Shown: positions 37,037-51,949 of the stretch, in pieces
Position numbering within the stretch: the first letter of the stretch is position 1
Layout: each line of letters starts with the position of its first letter
Assembly: GCA_964016885.1 (NCBI GenBank)
Contig: OZ024752.1
Location: forward strand, 18,786,001-18,850,000
Direction: 5' to 3'
DNA length: 64,000 nt
From: Eledone cirrhosa
Lineage: Eukaryota
The notes under the pieces: model-generated
Databases searched by the model: none
What the model saw: the letters and a program-made list of their open reading frames with translations, nothing else
Told to the model about the DNA's origin: nothing
Program-made: the position numbers and the translations under genes

Positions 37037-37898
37037 TCATCATCATCATCACCACCGTTTTACGTCCGTTCTTCCACGCTAGCATGGGTTAGACGGGTTG
37101 TCCTGTTGTGGGCAGTGTCTGGTCGGCTGACCATGCCTTGCTCATACAGGAACTGATTTGGCTTGATTTCTACAGCTGGATGCCCTTCCTAACACCAACC
37201 TCATTTACAGTGAGTGCTGGGAGCTTCTTCGTGGCGCCTACACGTCCACTTTACAGTGTGGGCTGGGTGCTTTTTTGCCGTGGCACCTCCATGACCACCT
37301 TGCAGTGGGGGGTGTGGGGGCATATTGTCTATATGCTTCAGCTTGTACCCATGGGAGGTCAGGTACTCTGTATTAATGCGTGACGCCAGAGGTCACGGTC
37401 GTGTGTCATCGCCTTTGATAGGTGTAATTGGGTAAGGTCGGCTTTTATCACCTCATCCCAGGTCATCTTGGGTCTCCCCACTCCGCGGTTTCCATCGACT
37501 TCTAGTGCTCTGCACATTTTTATGCAGCTGTCATCCTTCATACGCATCACATGTCCATACCAACGCAACCGCCTCTCCTGCACACACCATTTGATTCCTC
37601 TTATGCTCAGTCTCTCTCTCAATTCATTTATGCTTTGTCGTTCACGTATATTACTATTACACATCCATCGGAGCATGCAGGCTTCGTTTCTCTCTAATCT
37701 ACGTAAGTCTTCCAACTTCAGCGCCCAGGTCTCACTACCATGTAACATTGCTGTTCGGATACACGCATCATACAGTTTGCCTTTCATTTTGAGGGAGAAG
37801 CCTTTTGCAGCTAGTAGTGGTAGTAGTTCCCTAAAATTCTTCCATCCCGTTCTTACCCTAGTTATTGTACTTTCTGAACACCCACCTCTGCTGCTAAT

Positions 37899-37899
<1 letters not shown>
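37037..37899 (-). mobile_element. Young 5'-truncated RTE LINE in (TA)n, duplicate at 42745-43607
   Basis: Open frame MKGKLYDACIRTAMLHGSETW...RRLRWYGHVMR...GRPKMTW, then 3' UTR and (GAT)n tail. Confidence 0.93.
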
Positions 37900-37961
<62 letters not shown>

Positions 37962-38282
37962 TATATATATATATTATATATATATAATATATATATTATA
38001 TATAATATATTATATATATATATATATATAATATATATAATATATTATATATATATATATTATATATATATAATATATATAATATATTATATATATATAA
38101 TATATATAATATATTATATATATATAATATATATAATATATTATATATATATAATATATATAATATATTATATATATATAATATATATAATATATTATAT
38201 ATATATATATATGTAATATATATAATATATTATATATATATATGTAATATATATAATATATTATATATATATATATATATAT

Positions 38283-38548
38283 GTAATAAACAACATAAGA
38301 TAATTATTTCATTTACCAGTGGTTTCTTGAAAGCAAACAAAATTTGCTCTCAGTCATCAGAATGAAAAAATCCTGGTGTATTTATTATCTTATGTTGTTT
38401 ATTACATCTTATGTTGTTAATTACATATTATATCATTACATCTTTATTACATATTATATCTTATGTTGTTTATTACATAACTATTAAGCTCTGTAACCTA
38501 CATAGAGCACTCTTTTTTCCTGGACCTTTCCGACGGAATTACTTCATT

Positions 38549-38550
<2 letters not shown>
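38283..38550. mobile_element. Short inverted fragment of the Penelope-like element 3' end, duplicate at about 43990-44256
   Basis: 38283-38378 matches 47222-47318 and 38460-38548 is the reverse complement of 47155-47240. Confidence 0.8.
38307..38367 (-). ncRNA. Type I hammerhead ribozyme (family E), duplicate at 44015-44075
   Basis: Minus: tttcatt-CTGATGA-c tgagagcaaa..tttgctttca a-GAAA-ccactgg-TA-aatgaaa. Confidence 0.75.
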
Positions 38551-38595
<45 letters not shown>

Positions 38596-38805
38596 TATGA
38601 AATATATATATATTGAGAAATTAAATTTCGTCTCATTTTTTCCAATATATACATCACACATCAAACAAAACACTATACACACACGCAAACGCATGCGCAA
38701 AGAAGACAAAATAAAATAAACAAACAAGCAAATAAATAAATAAATATATAGACAGACTGAATAAAAATGGCGTAGCCATACAATTCAACAGGAGGAAACA
38801 ATAGA

Positions 38806-38847
38806 ACCACTGACGATGTTGCAGATGTGCAACGAAAGATTTATGAT
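38806..38847 (+). ncRNA. Minimal hammerhead ribozyme (family B relative), duplicated about 5.71 kb downstream
   Basis: acca-CTGACGA-t-gttgca gatg tgcaac-GAAA-gatt-TA-tgat. Stem II covaries with 35530-35572. Confidence 0.6.
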
Positions 38848-39124
38848 AAACTATATATAGGTGTTTGTGTCTATATTGTATCTGTATTATTTTTGACCGT
38901 CGGTCAGTCAATGGCAACATTGAGGACCGAGTAAGTTAGATTACCGATATAAAAGACACAGAAGCGAGAAGCGAAAACCAACCAAACAGTGAGTGTGTTC
39001 TGTTATTAATTCTGGCAATATTACACAAATATGACCCTCCCCAAGTATAACAATATTTGTTTCGACACACGATTTCATATAATAAACCTCGCGAAACTAA
39101 TTCATCGCCGTTATATTTATATAT

Positions 39125-39232
39125 TCAAATCCCGCCGAGGTTGACTTTGCCTTTCATCCTTACGGGGTCGATAAAATAAAGTACCAGTAATGCACTGGGT
39201 AATTGCTGGCCTTATGCCTAAAGTAGAAACAG
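39125..39232 (+). mobile_element. SINE core fragment (also about 44835-44932 and 59922-60010)
   Basis: TTCAAATCCCGCCGAGGTTGACTTTGCCTTTCATCCTTACGGGGTCGATAAAATAAAGTACCAG. Confidence 0.8.
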
Positions 39233-39234
39233 TT

Positions 39235-40150
<916 letters not shown>

Positions 40151-40240
40151 TTTAATATGCAAAAGTTCTATTTAAAATTGTTGGGATACAAGTAAATATT
40201 TTATAACTGATATAAAGCACTCGACAAGTTTTTGGAGTAG

Positions 40241-40562
40241 ATATACGATATTAAATAAATGGGATATATATTTATAAAACCATATTTATTTCATTATACA
40301 TATTTCAGGGATACCAAATTAAAATATGGTATGCCTTCATCAGACAAAATACAATATATAAACAGTTTTATAAATAATTTTGACGTACCCTATTAGATGC
40401 GACCATTATTAGGGTACGTCAAAATTATTTATAAAACTGTTTATATATTGTATTTTGTCTGATTGAAGGCATACCATATTTTAATTTGGTATCCCTGAGA
40501 TATGTATAATGAAATAAATATGGTTTTATAAATATAGTTTCCATTTATTTAATATCGTATAT
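40241..40562. repeat. Imperfect palindrome with about 150-bp arms and 17-nt loop, duplicate at about 45962-46283
   Basis: Arms pair around GACGTACCCTA..TAGGGTACGTC. Homologous to 35710-35860. Confidence 0.92.
40287..40351 (-). ncRNA. Type I hammerhead ribozyme (family C); the plus-strand mirror at 40451-40516 has core mutations
   Basis: Minus: tattttgt-CTGATGA-aggcatacca..tggtatccct-GAAA-tatgta-TA-atgaaata. The mirror reads CTGATTGA and GAGA. Confidence 0.75.
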
Positions 40563-40818
40563 TTATATATATATTTATATATATATTTATTTATATATAT
40601 ATTTATTTATATATATATATATTTATTGTATGATATATATATTTATATATATATATATATTTATATACATATATATTTATATATATATATTTATATATAT
40701 ATATATTTATATATATATATTTATATATATATATTTATATATATATTTATATATATATTTATTTATATATATATTTATATATATATATATTTATATATAT
40801 ATATTTAATATATATATT

Positions 40819-40851
<33 letters not shown>

Positions 40852-40872
40852 TTATATATTTATATATATATT

Positions 40873-40933
<61 letters not shown>

Positions 40934-40993
40934 TTATATATATATTTAGTATATATATATTTATATATATATTTATATATATATTTATATATA

Positions 40994-41036
<43 letters not shown>

Positions 41037-41059
41037 TTAAATATATATTTATATATATT

Positions 41060-41094
<35 letters not shown>

Positions 41095-41179
41095 TTAAAT
41101 ATATATTTATATATATTTATATATATATTTATATATATATTTATATATATATATATTTATATATATATATATTTATATT

Positions 41180-41254
<75 letters not shown>

Positions 41255-41259
41255 ATATT

Positions 41260-41293
<34 letters not shown>

Positions 41294-41360
41294 TATATAT
41301 TTATATATATATATATTTATATTTATATATATATATATATATATTTTATTTATATATATT

Positions 41361-41391
<31 letters not shown>

Positions 41392-41719
41392 ATATATATA
41401 TTATCCGGGAGCTTCAACAGAAATGGTCGCATTCTTAAAGTGTATGTCAATATTTATTTATAAAACTGCTCTATATTATATTTTATCTGATGAAAGTACA
41501 CCATAATTTAACTTGGTGTCCTTGAAATATGTATAATGAAATAAATATGGTTTTATAAATATAGTTTCTATTTGTATAGTATATATATATATATATATAT
41601 TAAAATAACAGATTAAAGTTTAAGCAAAGAATCGCTGCTTTCACCCTTAACGGGATGTTCTGAAACTAAAAAAAATCAATCTGTGGGGACAGTAGTAAAT
41701 ATTTCGAAAAACAAATGCA

Positions 41720-41776
<57 letters not shown>

Positions 41777-43607
41777 GTAGGAGGTGAGTTTTATTGTAGT
41801 ACAATAAAGCAATGCAGATATCGGATAAGAAGCACTCTACAGTTTGTAGGACTGGAGTATACATAATATAAGATCAAAAGATGGTTAAAGGAGTTCCATG
41901 TATTTTATTATGCGCATTTCAAAAACAAACATCATCATGCAATAATATTTGTGTTTTCATCAGATAAAACAGGAGAACATGATATGAAGGCTAAAAAACA
42001 CTTGTGGATAGTGCAGTTTAAATCAACATAAAACTGCACTATCCACAAGTGTTTTTTTAGCCTTCATATCATGTTCTCCTGTTTTATCTGATGAAAACAC
42101 AAATATTATTGCATGATGATGTTTGTTTTTGAAATGCGCATAATAAAATACATGGAACTCCTTTAACCATCTTTTGATCTTATATTATATATATATATAT
42201 ATATATATACCCACACACATATAGCGTCATAATGTCGTAATGCAGACAGACAGACATACAGACAGATATTATAAGGGCGCAACGTTATATCTATGTATCT
42301 ATCTAAAAAGAAAGACTAAGAATTATAGAGAGAGATCGCTAAATCGCCTAATGCGGTCCCTAGGGCATTGCAAATTTAAAATATGTTTTGCTCAAAACAC
42401 TCAGATGACCATAGGTATTACATGTGTAAAGTTTGAAAAAAATCGGTTGGGTGGTTCTCGAGTTTTAGGGAGACAGACAGACAAACAGACATTCTCTGTT
42501 TTAGATATATAGATTATATAGTAATAATACAAATTTGAAGACTAAAATCCAAAGATAAGGATAAATATATATTAGATATATAAGAACTGTAGAGCAAATA
42601 TTTATTAAAATAACAGATTAAAGTTTAAGCAAAGAATCGCTGCTTTCACCCTTAACCGGATCTTCTGAAGAAGGGTGAAAGCAGCGATTCTTTGCTTAAA
42701 CTTTAATCTGTTATTTTAATAAATAGATTATATATATATATATATCATCATCATCATCACCACCGTTTTACGTCCGTTCTTCCACGCTAGCATGGGTTAG
42801 ACGGGTTGTCCTGTTGTGGGCAGTGTCCTGGTCGGCTGACCATGCCTTGCTCATACAGGAACTGATTTGGCTTGATTTCTACAGCTGGATGCCCTTCCTA
42901 ACACCAACCTCATTTACAGTGAGTGCTGGGAGCTTCTTCGTGGCGCCTACACGTCCACTTTACATGTGTGGGCTGGGTGCTTTTTTGCCGTGGCACCTCC
43001 ATGACCACCTTGCAGTGGGGGGTGTGGGGGCATATTGTCTATATGCTTCAGCTTGTACCCATGGGAGGTCAGGTACTCTGTATTAATGCGTGACGCCAGA
43101 GGTCACGGTCGTGTGTCATCGCCTTTGATAGGTGTAATTGGGTAAGGTCGGCTTTTATCACCTCATCCCAGGTCATCTTGGGTCTCCCCACTCCGCGGTT
43201 TCCATCGACTTCTAGTGCTCTGCACATTTTTATGCAGCTGTCATCCTTCATACGCATCACATGTCCATACCAACGCAACCGCCTCTCCTGCACCACACCA
43301 TTTGATTCCTCTTATGCTCAGTCTCTCTCTCAATTCATTTATGCTTTGTCGTTCACGTATATTACTATTACACATCCATCGGAGCATGCAGCTTCGTTTC
43401 TCTCTAATCTACGTAAGTCTTCCAACTTCAGCGCCAGGTCTCACTACCATGTAACATTGCTGTTCGGATACACGCATCATACAGTTTGCCTTTCATTTTG
43501 AGGGAGAAGCCTTTTGCAGCTAGTAGTGGTAGTAGTTCCCTAAAATTCTTCCATCCCGTTCTTACCCTAGTTATTGTACTTTCTGAACACCCACCTCTGC
43601 TGCTAAT

Positions 43608-43670
<63 letters not shown>

Positions 43671-44256
43671 TATATATATATATTATTATATATAATATAT
43701 ATATTATATATAATATATTATATATATATATATATATAATATATATAATATATTATATATATATATATTATATATATATAATATATATAATATATTATAT
43801 ATATATAATATATATAATATATTATATATATAATATATATAATATATTATATATATATAATATATATAATATATTATATATATATAATATATATAATATA
43901 TTATATATATATATATATATGTAATATATATAATATATTATATATATATATGTAATATATATAATATATTATATATATATATATATATATGTAATAAACA
44001 ACATAAGATAATTATTTCATTTACCAGTGGTTTCTTGAAAGCAAACAAAATTTGCTCTCAGTCATCAGAATGAAAAAATCCTGGTGTATTTATTATCTTA
44101 TGTTGTTTATTACATCTTATGTTGTTAATTACATATTATATCATTACATCTTTATTACATATTATATCTTATGTTGTTTATTACATAACTATTAAGCTCT
44201 GTAACCTACATAGAGCACTCTTTTTTCCTGGACCTTTCCGACGGAATTACTTCATT

Positions 44257-44305
<49 letters not shown>

Positions 44306-44933
44306 TATGAAATATATATATATTGAGAAATTAAATTTCGTCTCATTTTTTCCAATATTATACATCACACATCAAACAAAACACTATACACACACGCAAA
44401 CGCATGCGCAAAGAAGACAAAATAAAATAAACAAACAAGCAAATAAATAAATAAATATATAGACAGACTGAATAAAAATGGCGTAGCCATACAATTCAAC
44501 AGGAGGAAACAATAGAACCACTGACGATGTTGCAGATGTGCAACGAAAGATTTATGATAAACTATATATAGGTGTTTGTGTCTATATTGTATCTGTATTA
44601 TTTTTGACCGTCGGTCAGTCAATGGCAACATTGAGGACCGAGTAAGTTAGATTACCGATATAAAAGACACAGAAGCGAGAAGCGAAAACCAACCAAACAG
44701 TGAGTGTGTTCTGTTATTAATTCTGGCAATATTACACAAATATGACCCTCCCCAAGTATAACAATATTTGTTTCGACACACGATTTCATATAATAAACCT
44801 CGCGAAACTAATTCATCGCCGTTATATTTATATATTCAAATCCCGCCGAGGTTGACTTTGCCTTTCATCCTTACGGGGTCGATAAATAAAGTACCAGTAA
44901 TGCACTGGGTAATTGCTGGCCTTATGCCTAAAG

Positions 44934-44971
<38 letters not shown>

Positions 44972-44979
44972 TTATATAT

Positions 44980-45095
<116 letters not shown>

Positions 45096-45202
45096 TTATA
45101 TATAAATATATATATATTTATATATATATTTATATATATATTTATATATATATATATATTTATATATATATTTATATATATATATATATTTATATATATA
45201 TT

Positions 45203-45233
<31 letters not shown>

Positions 45234-45250
45234 ATATTTATATATATATT

Positions 45251-45281
<31 letters not shown>

Positions 45282-45410
45282 ATTTATATATATATTTATA
45301 TATATATATATATTTATATATATATTTATATATATATTTATATATATATATATATTTATATATATATTTATATATATATTTATATATATATATATATTTA
45401 TATATATATT

Positions 45411-45441
<31 letters not shown>

Positions 45442-45485
45442 ATTTATATATATATTTATATATAAATATATATATATATATAAAT

Positions 45486-45516
<31 letters not shown>

Positions 45517-45664
45517 AATATATATATTTATATTTATATATAAATATATATATATATATTTATATATAAATATATATATTTATATTTATATATAAATATA
45601 TATATTTATATTTATATATAAATATATATATTTATATTTATATATAAATATATATATATATATT

Positions 45665-45714
<50 letters not shown>

Positions 45715-46550
45715 AATATATATATATATATATTTATATATACATTTATATATATATATATTTATATATACATTTATATATAAATATATTTATATATACA
45801 TTTATATATAAATATATTTATATATATATTTATATATATATATTTATATATATATTTATATATATATATATTTATATATGCAAAAGTTCTATTTAAAATT
45901 GTTGGGATACAAGTAAATATTTTATAACTGATATAAAGCACTCGACAAGTTTTTGGAGTAGATATACGATATTAAATAAATGGGATATATATTTATAAAA
46001 CCATATTTATTTCATTATACATATTTCAGGGATACCAAATTAAAATATGGTATGCCTTCATCAGACAAAATACAATATATAAACAGTTTTATAAATAATT
46101 TTGACGTACCCTATTAGATGCGACCATTATTAGGGTACGTCAAAATTATTTATAAAACTGTTTATATATTGTATTTTGTCTGATTGAAGGCATACCATAT
46201 TTTAATTTGGTATCCCTGAGATATGTATAATGAAATAAATATGGTTTTATAAATATAGTTTCCATTTATTTAATATCGTATATTTATATATATATTTATA
46301 TATATATTTATTTATATATATATTTATTTATATATATATATATTTATTTATATATATATATATTTATATATATATATATATTTATATACATATATATTTA
46401 TATATATATATTTATATATATATATATTTATATATATATATTTATATATATATATTTATATATATATTTATATATATATTTATATATATATTTATTTATA
46501 TATATATTTATATATATATATATTTATATATATATATTTATATATATATT

Positions 46551-46583
<33 letters not shown>

Positions 46584-46604
46584 TTATATATTTATATATA
46601 TATT

Positions 46605-46687
<83 letters not shown>

Positions 46688-46750
46688 TTATATATATATT
46701 TATATATATATTTATATATATATATTTATATATATATTTATATATATATT

Positions 46751-46787
<37 letters not shown>

Positions 46788-46810
46788 TTAAATATATATT
46801 TATATATATT

Positions 46811-46847
<37 letters not shown>

Positions 46848-46932
46848 TTAAATATATATTTATATATATTTATATATATATTTATATATATATTTATATA
46901 TATATATATTTATATATATATATATTTATATT

Positions 46933-47031
<99 letters not shown>

Positions 47032-47036
47032 ATATT

Positions 47037-47070
<34 letters not shown>

Positions 47071-47105
47071 TATATATTTATATATATATTTTATTTATAT
47101 ATATT

Positions 47106-47138
<33 letters not shown>

Positions 47139-47247
47139 ATATATTTATATATGTGAAGTAATTCCGTCGGAAAAGTCCAGGAAAAAAGAGTGCTCTATGT
47201 AGGTAACAGAGCTTAATAGTTATATAATAAACAACATAAGGCAATTA

Positions 47248-47307
47248 TTCCATTTACCAGTTGTTTCTTAAAAGCAAAAGATTTTGCTTTCAATCCTCAG
47301 AATGAAA
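47248..47307 (-). ncRNA. Hammerhead ribozyme (family E), outer left
   Basis: Minus: tttcatt-CTGAGGA-ttgaaagcaaaa tc ttttgcttttaa-GAAA-caactgg-TA-aatggaa. Confidence 0.72.
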
Positions 47308-47440
47308 AAATCCTGGTCTGTTTATTGAATTTGGATTTTAAAAAACAAAAATGCAATCTATATGAAAGTGAGGCTGGAGAAAGAAGGAAAGGAAAAATAA
47401 AACCACACATGCAAACACACACACACACACACAAAAGCAT

Positions 47441-47537
<97 letters not shown>

Positions 47538-48047
47538 CACTCATACATACACACATATATACACACATGTGTATATAAATACACACATACACAGATACAA
47601 CAACACACACATATATACACACATACATACATATAGAAACATAAATATATATACACATATATATATAAATATATGTACATACATACACAAACATAGCCAT
47701 ACACACATACATATACATACATACATTCACACAATCATACATATATACACACGTATATACATGTACAAAGTTAGAAAAATATACACTCCTCTACATATTC
47801 ACACACGCAAATAAATTTAAGAAAAAATATATATAAAAAAATAAAATAACAATAAAGATTATTATAGAGTTGACAGCGATACAGGTAGATGAACAGACAC
47901 GCGTGGTAAATAATACACACAAATGCACGTATACATACGTACGAAATAGTAAATACATACACACACTCACACATAAATATACATATACAAATACATAAAC
48001 ACATAGATACACATACACAATACATGCACAAACACGTATACAATTAT

Positions 48048-48078
<31 letters not shown>

Positions 48079-48188
48079 AAAATACACTCACATACACATG
48101 TATACATACACACACAAATGCATACATAGCTATACAATTATACACATACAAATACGTACATATCATAAACACGCACAACCAAATACAA

Positions 48189-48255
<67 letters not shown>

Positions 48256-48378
48256 CACACACATACACATATACATGTGTGTGTGTGTAAAACTCAGTCT
48301 TAGATAATTCATATGAACCTTACATATACAAATATATAGTAGTAAAGTAATAAAGTAATAAGCAACATAAGGCAATTA

Positions 48379-48439
48379 TTCCATTCACCAGTGGTTTCTT
48401 AAAAGCAAAAAAATTTTTCCTTCAATCCTCAGAATAAAA
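48379..48439 (-). ncRNA. Hammerhead ribozyme (family E), inner left, GUG at cleavage site
   Basis: Minus: CTGAGGA..GAAA-ccactgg-TG-aatggaa. Confidence 0.6.
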
Positions 48440-48694
48440 AAAACCTGGTCTATCTACATATATATATACATACACACATATATATATATATATATACACA
48501 TAAATATACATACACATACACATAGGTATGTGAAGGGCAAGGCAAAAAGAATATATGCCGGGGGGGGGGGGGCATAGGAAAAGGTGAAATATAAGGGGAG
48601 ATAAGGGAGAAAAAAATATATACAAGAGTACAGAACGTAGATTCAACAAAAAAAAAACAAAAAAAACCGTAGCAGAAGTAAAGAGCAGGAGAGT

Positions 48695-49240
48695 TCAAGG
48701 CAGTTGATTTATCATAGGAGTGTCAATCCAGTTACAGATCAGATGCGATTTCAGATGAGGACATCATCTGAAGATCTCAGTCTTTGAATTAAGGCAAGCG
48801 GAAGTGGCTTTCAAGCTTAGCAAAATCCTATATTTTTCTGTGGTACACAAAGAACAATTCTTTGTTCCCCTTTGGTACTCCCTCGAATGGTCTAATATAG
48901 ACCAATCGATAGAGTACGGGATGTTACTATCCTTGAATTCCCACACCTTACTTGCGAGGGCCGTTGATGTTCGTTTATCGGAGTGCTTAAAAGAAGTGAC
49001 ATGTGAGTAAAATCTGGTTTTAAACCTGTCCTGGGTCATACCGACATATCGCTCACTCCTGGCTGGCTGGTTGTTGATTACCCGTGTTATTTTAGCCTCA
49101 TAAACAACAGATTTGGTGTTACATTTACCCTGCAATGGGCATTCATCCGGCTTCCTACAACTGCATCCTGGATTTGTTCTCGTATGGTTTGAACTGGTGA
49201 TTTTGGACTTCGTAGATGGGCAACAAGAGTAGCTGATCTT
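48695..49240 (-). pseudogene. Penelope-like element C-terminal Cys-rich linker plus GIY-YIG endonuclease remnant
   Basis: KISYSCCP..GCSCRKPDECPLQGKC..SVVY..RYVGMT..FKTRFYSH..F..LASKVWEFK..IDWSI..CSLCTTEK..LN...EIFR*CPH. The stop at 48764-48766 is TGC in the inverted partial copy at 49239-49554. Confidence 0.9.
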
Positions 49241-49766
49241 AAAACCAGATTTTACTCACATGTCGCTTCTTTTAAGCACTCCGATAAACGAACATCAACG
49301 GCCCTCGCAAGTAAGGTGTGGGAATTCAAGGATAGTAACATCCCGTACTCGATCGATTGGTCTATATTAGACCATTCGAGGGAGTACCAAAGGGGCACAA
49401 AGAATTGTTCTTTGTGTACCACAGAAAAATATAGGATTTTGCTAAACTTGAGAGCCTTAATTCGAAGACTGAGATCTTCAGATGCTGTCCTCATCTGAAA
49501 TCGCATCTGATCTGTAACTGGATTGACACTCCTATGATAAATCAACCGCCTTGAACTCTCCTGCTCTTTACTTCTGCTACGGTTTTTTTTTTTATTTTTT
49601 TAAATTTTTTTTATTTTGCTGAATCTACGTTCTGTACTCTTGTATATATTTTTTTCTCCCTTATCTCCCCTTATATTTCACCTTATCCTATGTCTCCCCC
49701 CCCCATATATTCTTTTTGCCTTGCCCTTCACATACCTATGTGTATGTATATTTATGTGTATATATG

Positions 49767-49815
<49 letters not shown>

Positions 49816-49849
49816 GTGTGTGTATGTATATGTAGATAGACCAGGTTTT

Positions 49850-49910
49850 TTTCATTCTGAGGACTGAAGGAAAAAATTTTTTGCTTTCAAGAAACCACTG
49901 GTGAATGGAA
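49850..49910 (+). ncRNA. Hammerhead ribozyme (family E), inner right, GUG at cleavage site
   Basis: tttcatt-CTGAGGA-ctgaaggaaaaaattttttgctttcaa-GAAA-ccactgg-TG-aatggaa. Confidence 0.6.
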
Positions 49911-50027
49911 TAATTGCCTTATGTTGCTTATTACTTTATTACTTTACTACTATATATTTGTATATGTAAGGTTCATATGAATTATCTAAGACTGAGTTTT
50001 ACACACACACACATGTATGTGTGTATG

Positions 50028-50059
<32 letters not shown>

Positions 50060-50181
50060 GTGTGTGTGTTTGTATTTGGTTGTGCGTGTTTATGATATGT
50101 ACGTATTTGTATGTGTATAATTGTATAGTTATGTATGCATGTGTGTGTGTATGTATACATATATATGTGTGTGTGTGTGTG

Positions 50182-50216
<35 letters not shown>

Positions 50217-51164
50217 ATATGTGTGTGTATAATTGTATACGTGTGTGTGTGCGTGTTTGTGCATGTATTTGTGTATGTATGTGTTTATGTATATGTATAT
50301 TTATGTGTAAGAGTGTGTGTATGTATTTACTATTTCGTACGTATGTATACGTGCATTTGTGTGTATTACTTACCACGCGTGTCTGTTCATCTACCTGTAT
50401 CGCTGTCAACTCTATAATAATCTTTATTGTTATTTTATTTTTTTATATATATTTTTTCTTATTTATTTGCGTGTGTGAATATGTAGAGGAGTGTATATTT
50501 TTCTAACTTTGTACATGTATATGTACACATTTATGTATGTGTATGTATGTACCATGGGCCCAGCACTGTGTCAATAATTGTCACAAGTGTAGTGTTTGTA
50601 TCAGAGTTTTCAAGTCGCTGGCTGGACTAAAAATTCACACTCGTTCAGCGCATCGGTAGGGTTCTCCTACATGGATATAAAGTAGTGGCCGTACTCGAAA
50701 ACGAGTTGGCAGCCACCATATATGTATGATTGTGTGCATGTATGTATATGTATGTGTGTATGGCTATGTATGTGTATGTATGTATGTATATATATATATA
50801 TATGTGTATATATATGTATGTATATATATATATATTTATGTTTCTATATGTATGTATGTGTGTGTGGTTGTATATATGTATGTGTATGTATGGATGTGTT
50901 GATATTTATGTGCGTATGTATGTATGTGTATGTTTATATACACATATGTGTGTGTGTATGTATGAGTGTATATATATGTATGTATATATATATGTGTGTG
51001 TGTGTGTATGTATGCTTTTGTGTGTGTGTGCGTGTTTTTGTGTGTGTGTTTGCATGTGTGGTTTTATTTTATGTTTCCTTTCCTTCTTCTTTCTCCAGTC
51101 TCACTTTCATATAGATTGCATTTTTGTTTTTTAAAATCCAAATTCAATAAACAGACCAGGATTT

Positions 51165-51224
51165 TTTCATTCTGAGGATTGAAAGCAAAATCTTTTGCTT
51201 TTAAGAAACCACTGGTAAATGGAA
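51165..51224 (+). ncRNA. Hammerhead ribozyme (family E), outer right, intact
   Basis: tttcatt-CTGAGGA-ttgaaagcaaaa tc ttttgcttttaa-GAAA-ccactgg-TA-aatggaa. All core nucleotides are canonical with a GUA site. Confidence 0.82.
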
Positions 51225-51261
51225 TAATTGCCTTATGTTGTTTATTACATAACTATATATT

Positions 51262-51292
<31 letters not shown>

Positions 51293-51295
51293 ATT

Positions 51296-51410
<115 letters not shown>

Positions 51411-51445
51411 ATTTATATATATATATATTTATATATATATATATT

Positions 51446-51524
<79 letters not shown>

Positions 51525-51949
51525 TTATATATATATATTTATATTTATATATATATATATTTATATTTATATATATATATATTTATATTTATATTTATAT
51601 ATATATATATTTATATAGTATTAAGGATACTATTTATAGTTATGTATATACTAAAACTTTATATAGTTATATATATTTTAAACCCTAAACAGTGAAAGAC
51701 AGTAATTTATTACTACCTTATTACCAGTAAGATAAATAGCTCAATGTAATAACATCAGTTGTTCTACAGAGCAGTTATATAGAATTCACATCGATTTGGA
51801 TGAAACAATTATAAGCTAATAAATGGTTTGAACAGAACTTTGATTCATGTAATTTCTATATATTTATATATCTATATATTTATATATCTATATATTTATA
51901 TATCTATATATTTATTTATATATATATATTTATATATATATTTATATAT

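Larger units (their letters stand above)
47155..51255. mobile_element. Penelope-like retroelement, 5'-truncated, with inverted terminal repeat (about 4.1-kb fold-back)
   Basis: Left arm 47220-49023 and right arm 49239-51255 are reverse-complement homologs. A GIY-YIG remnant lies at the centre, there are four hammerheads, and both flanks are (TA)n. Confidence 0.88.

Noticed and set aside
48764-48766. In-frame TGA at a Cys position as possible selenocysteine
   Set aside because: The inverted copy has TGC here and the element is truncated, so a point mutation is the simpler explanation. No SECIS was identified.
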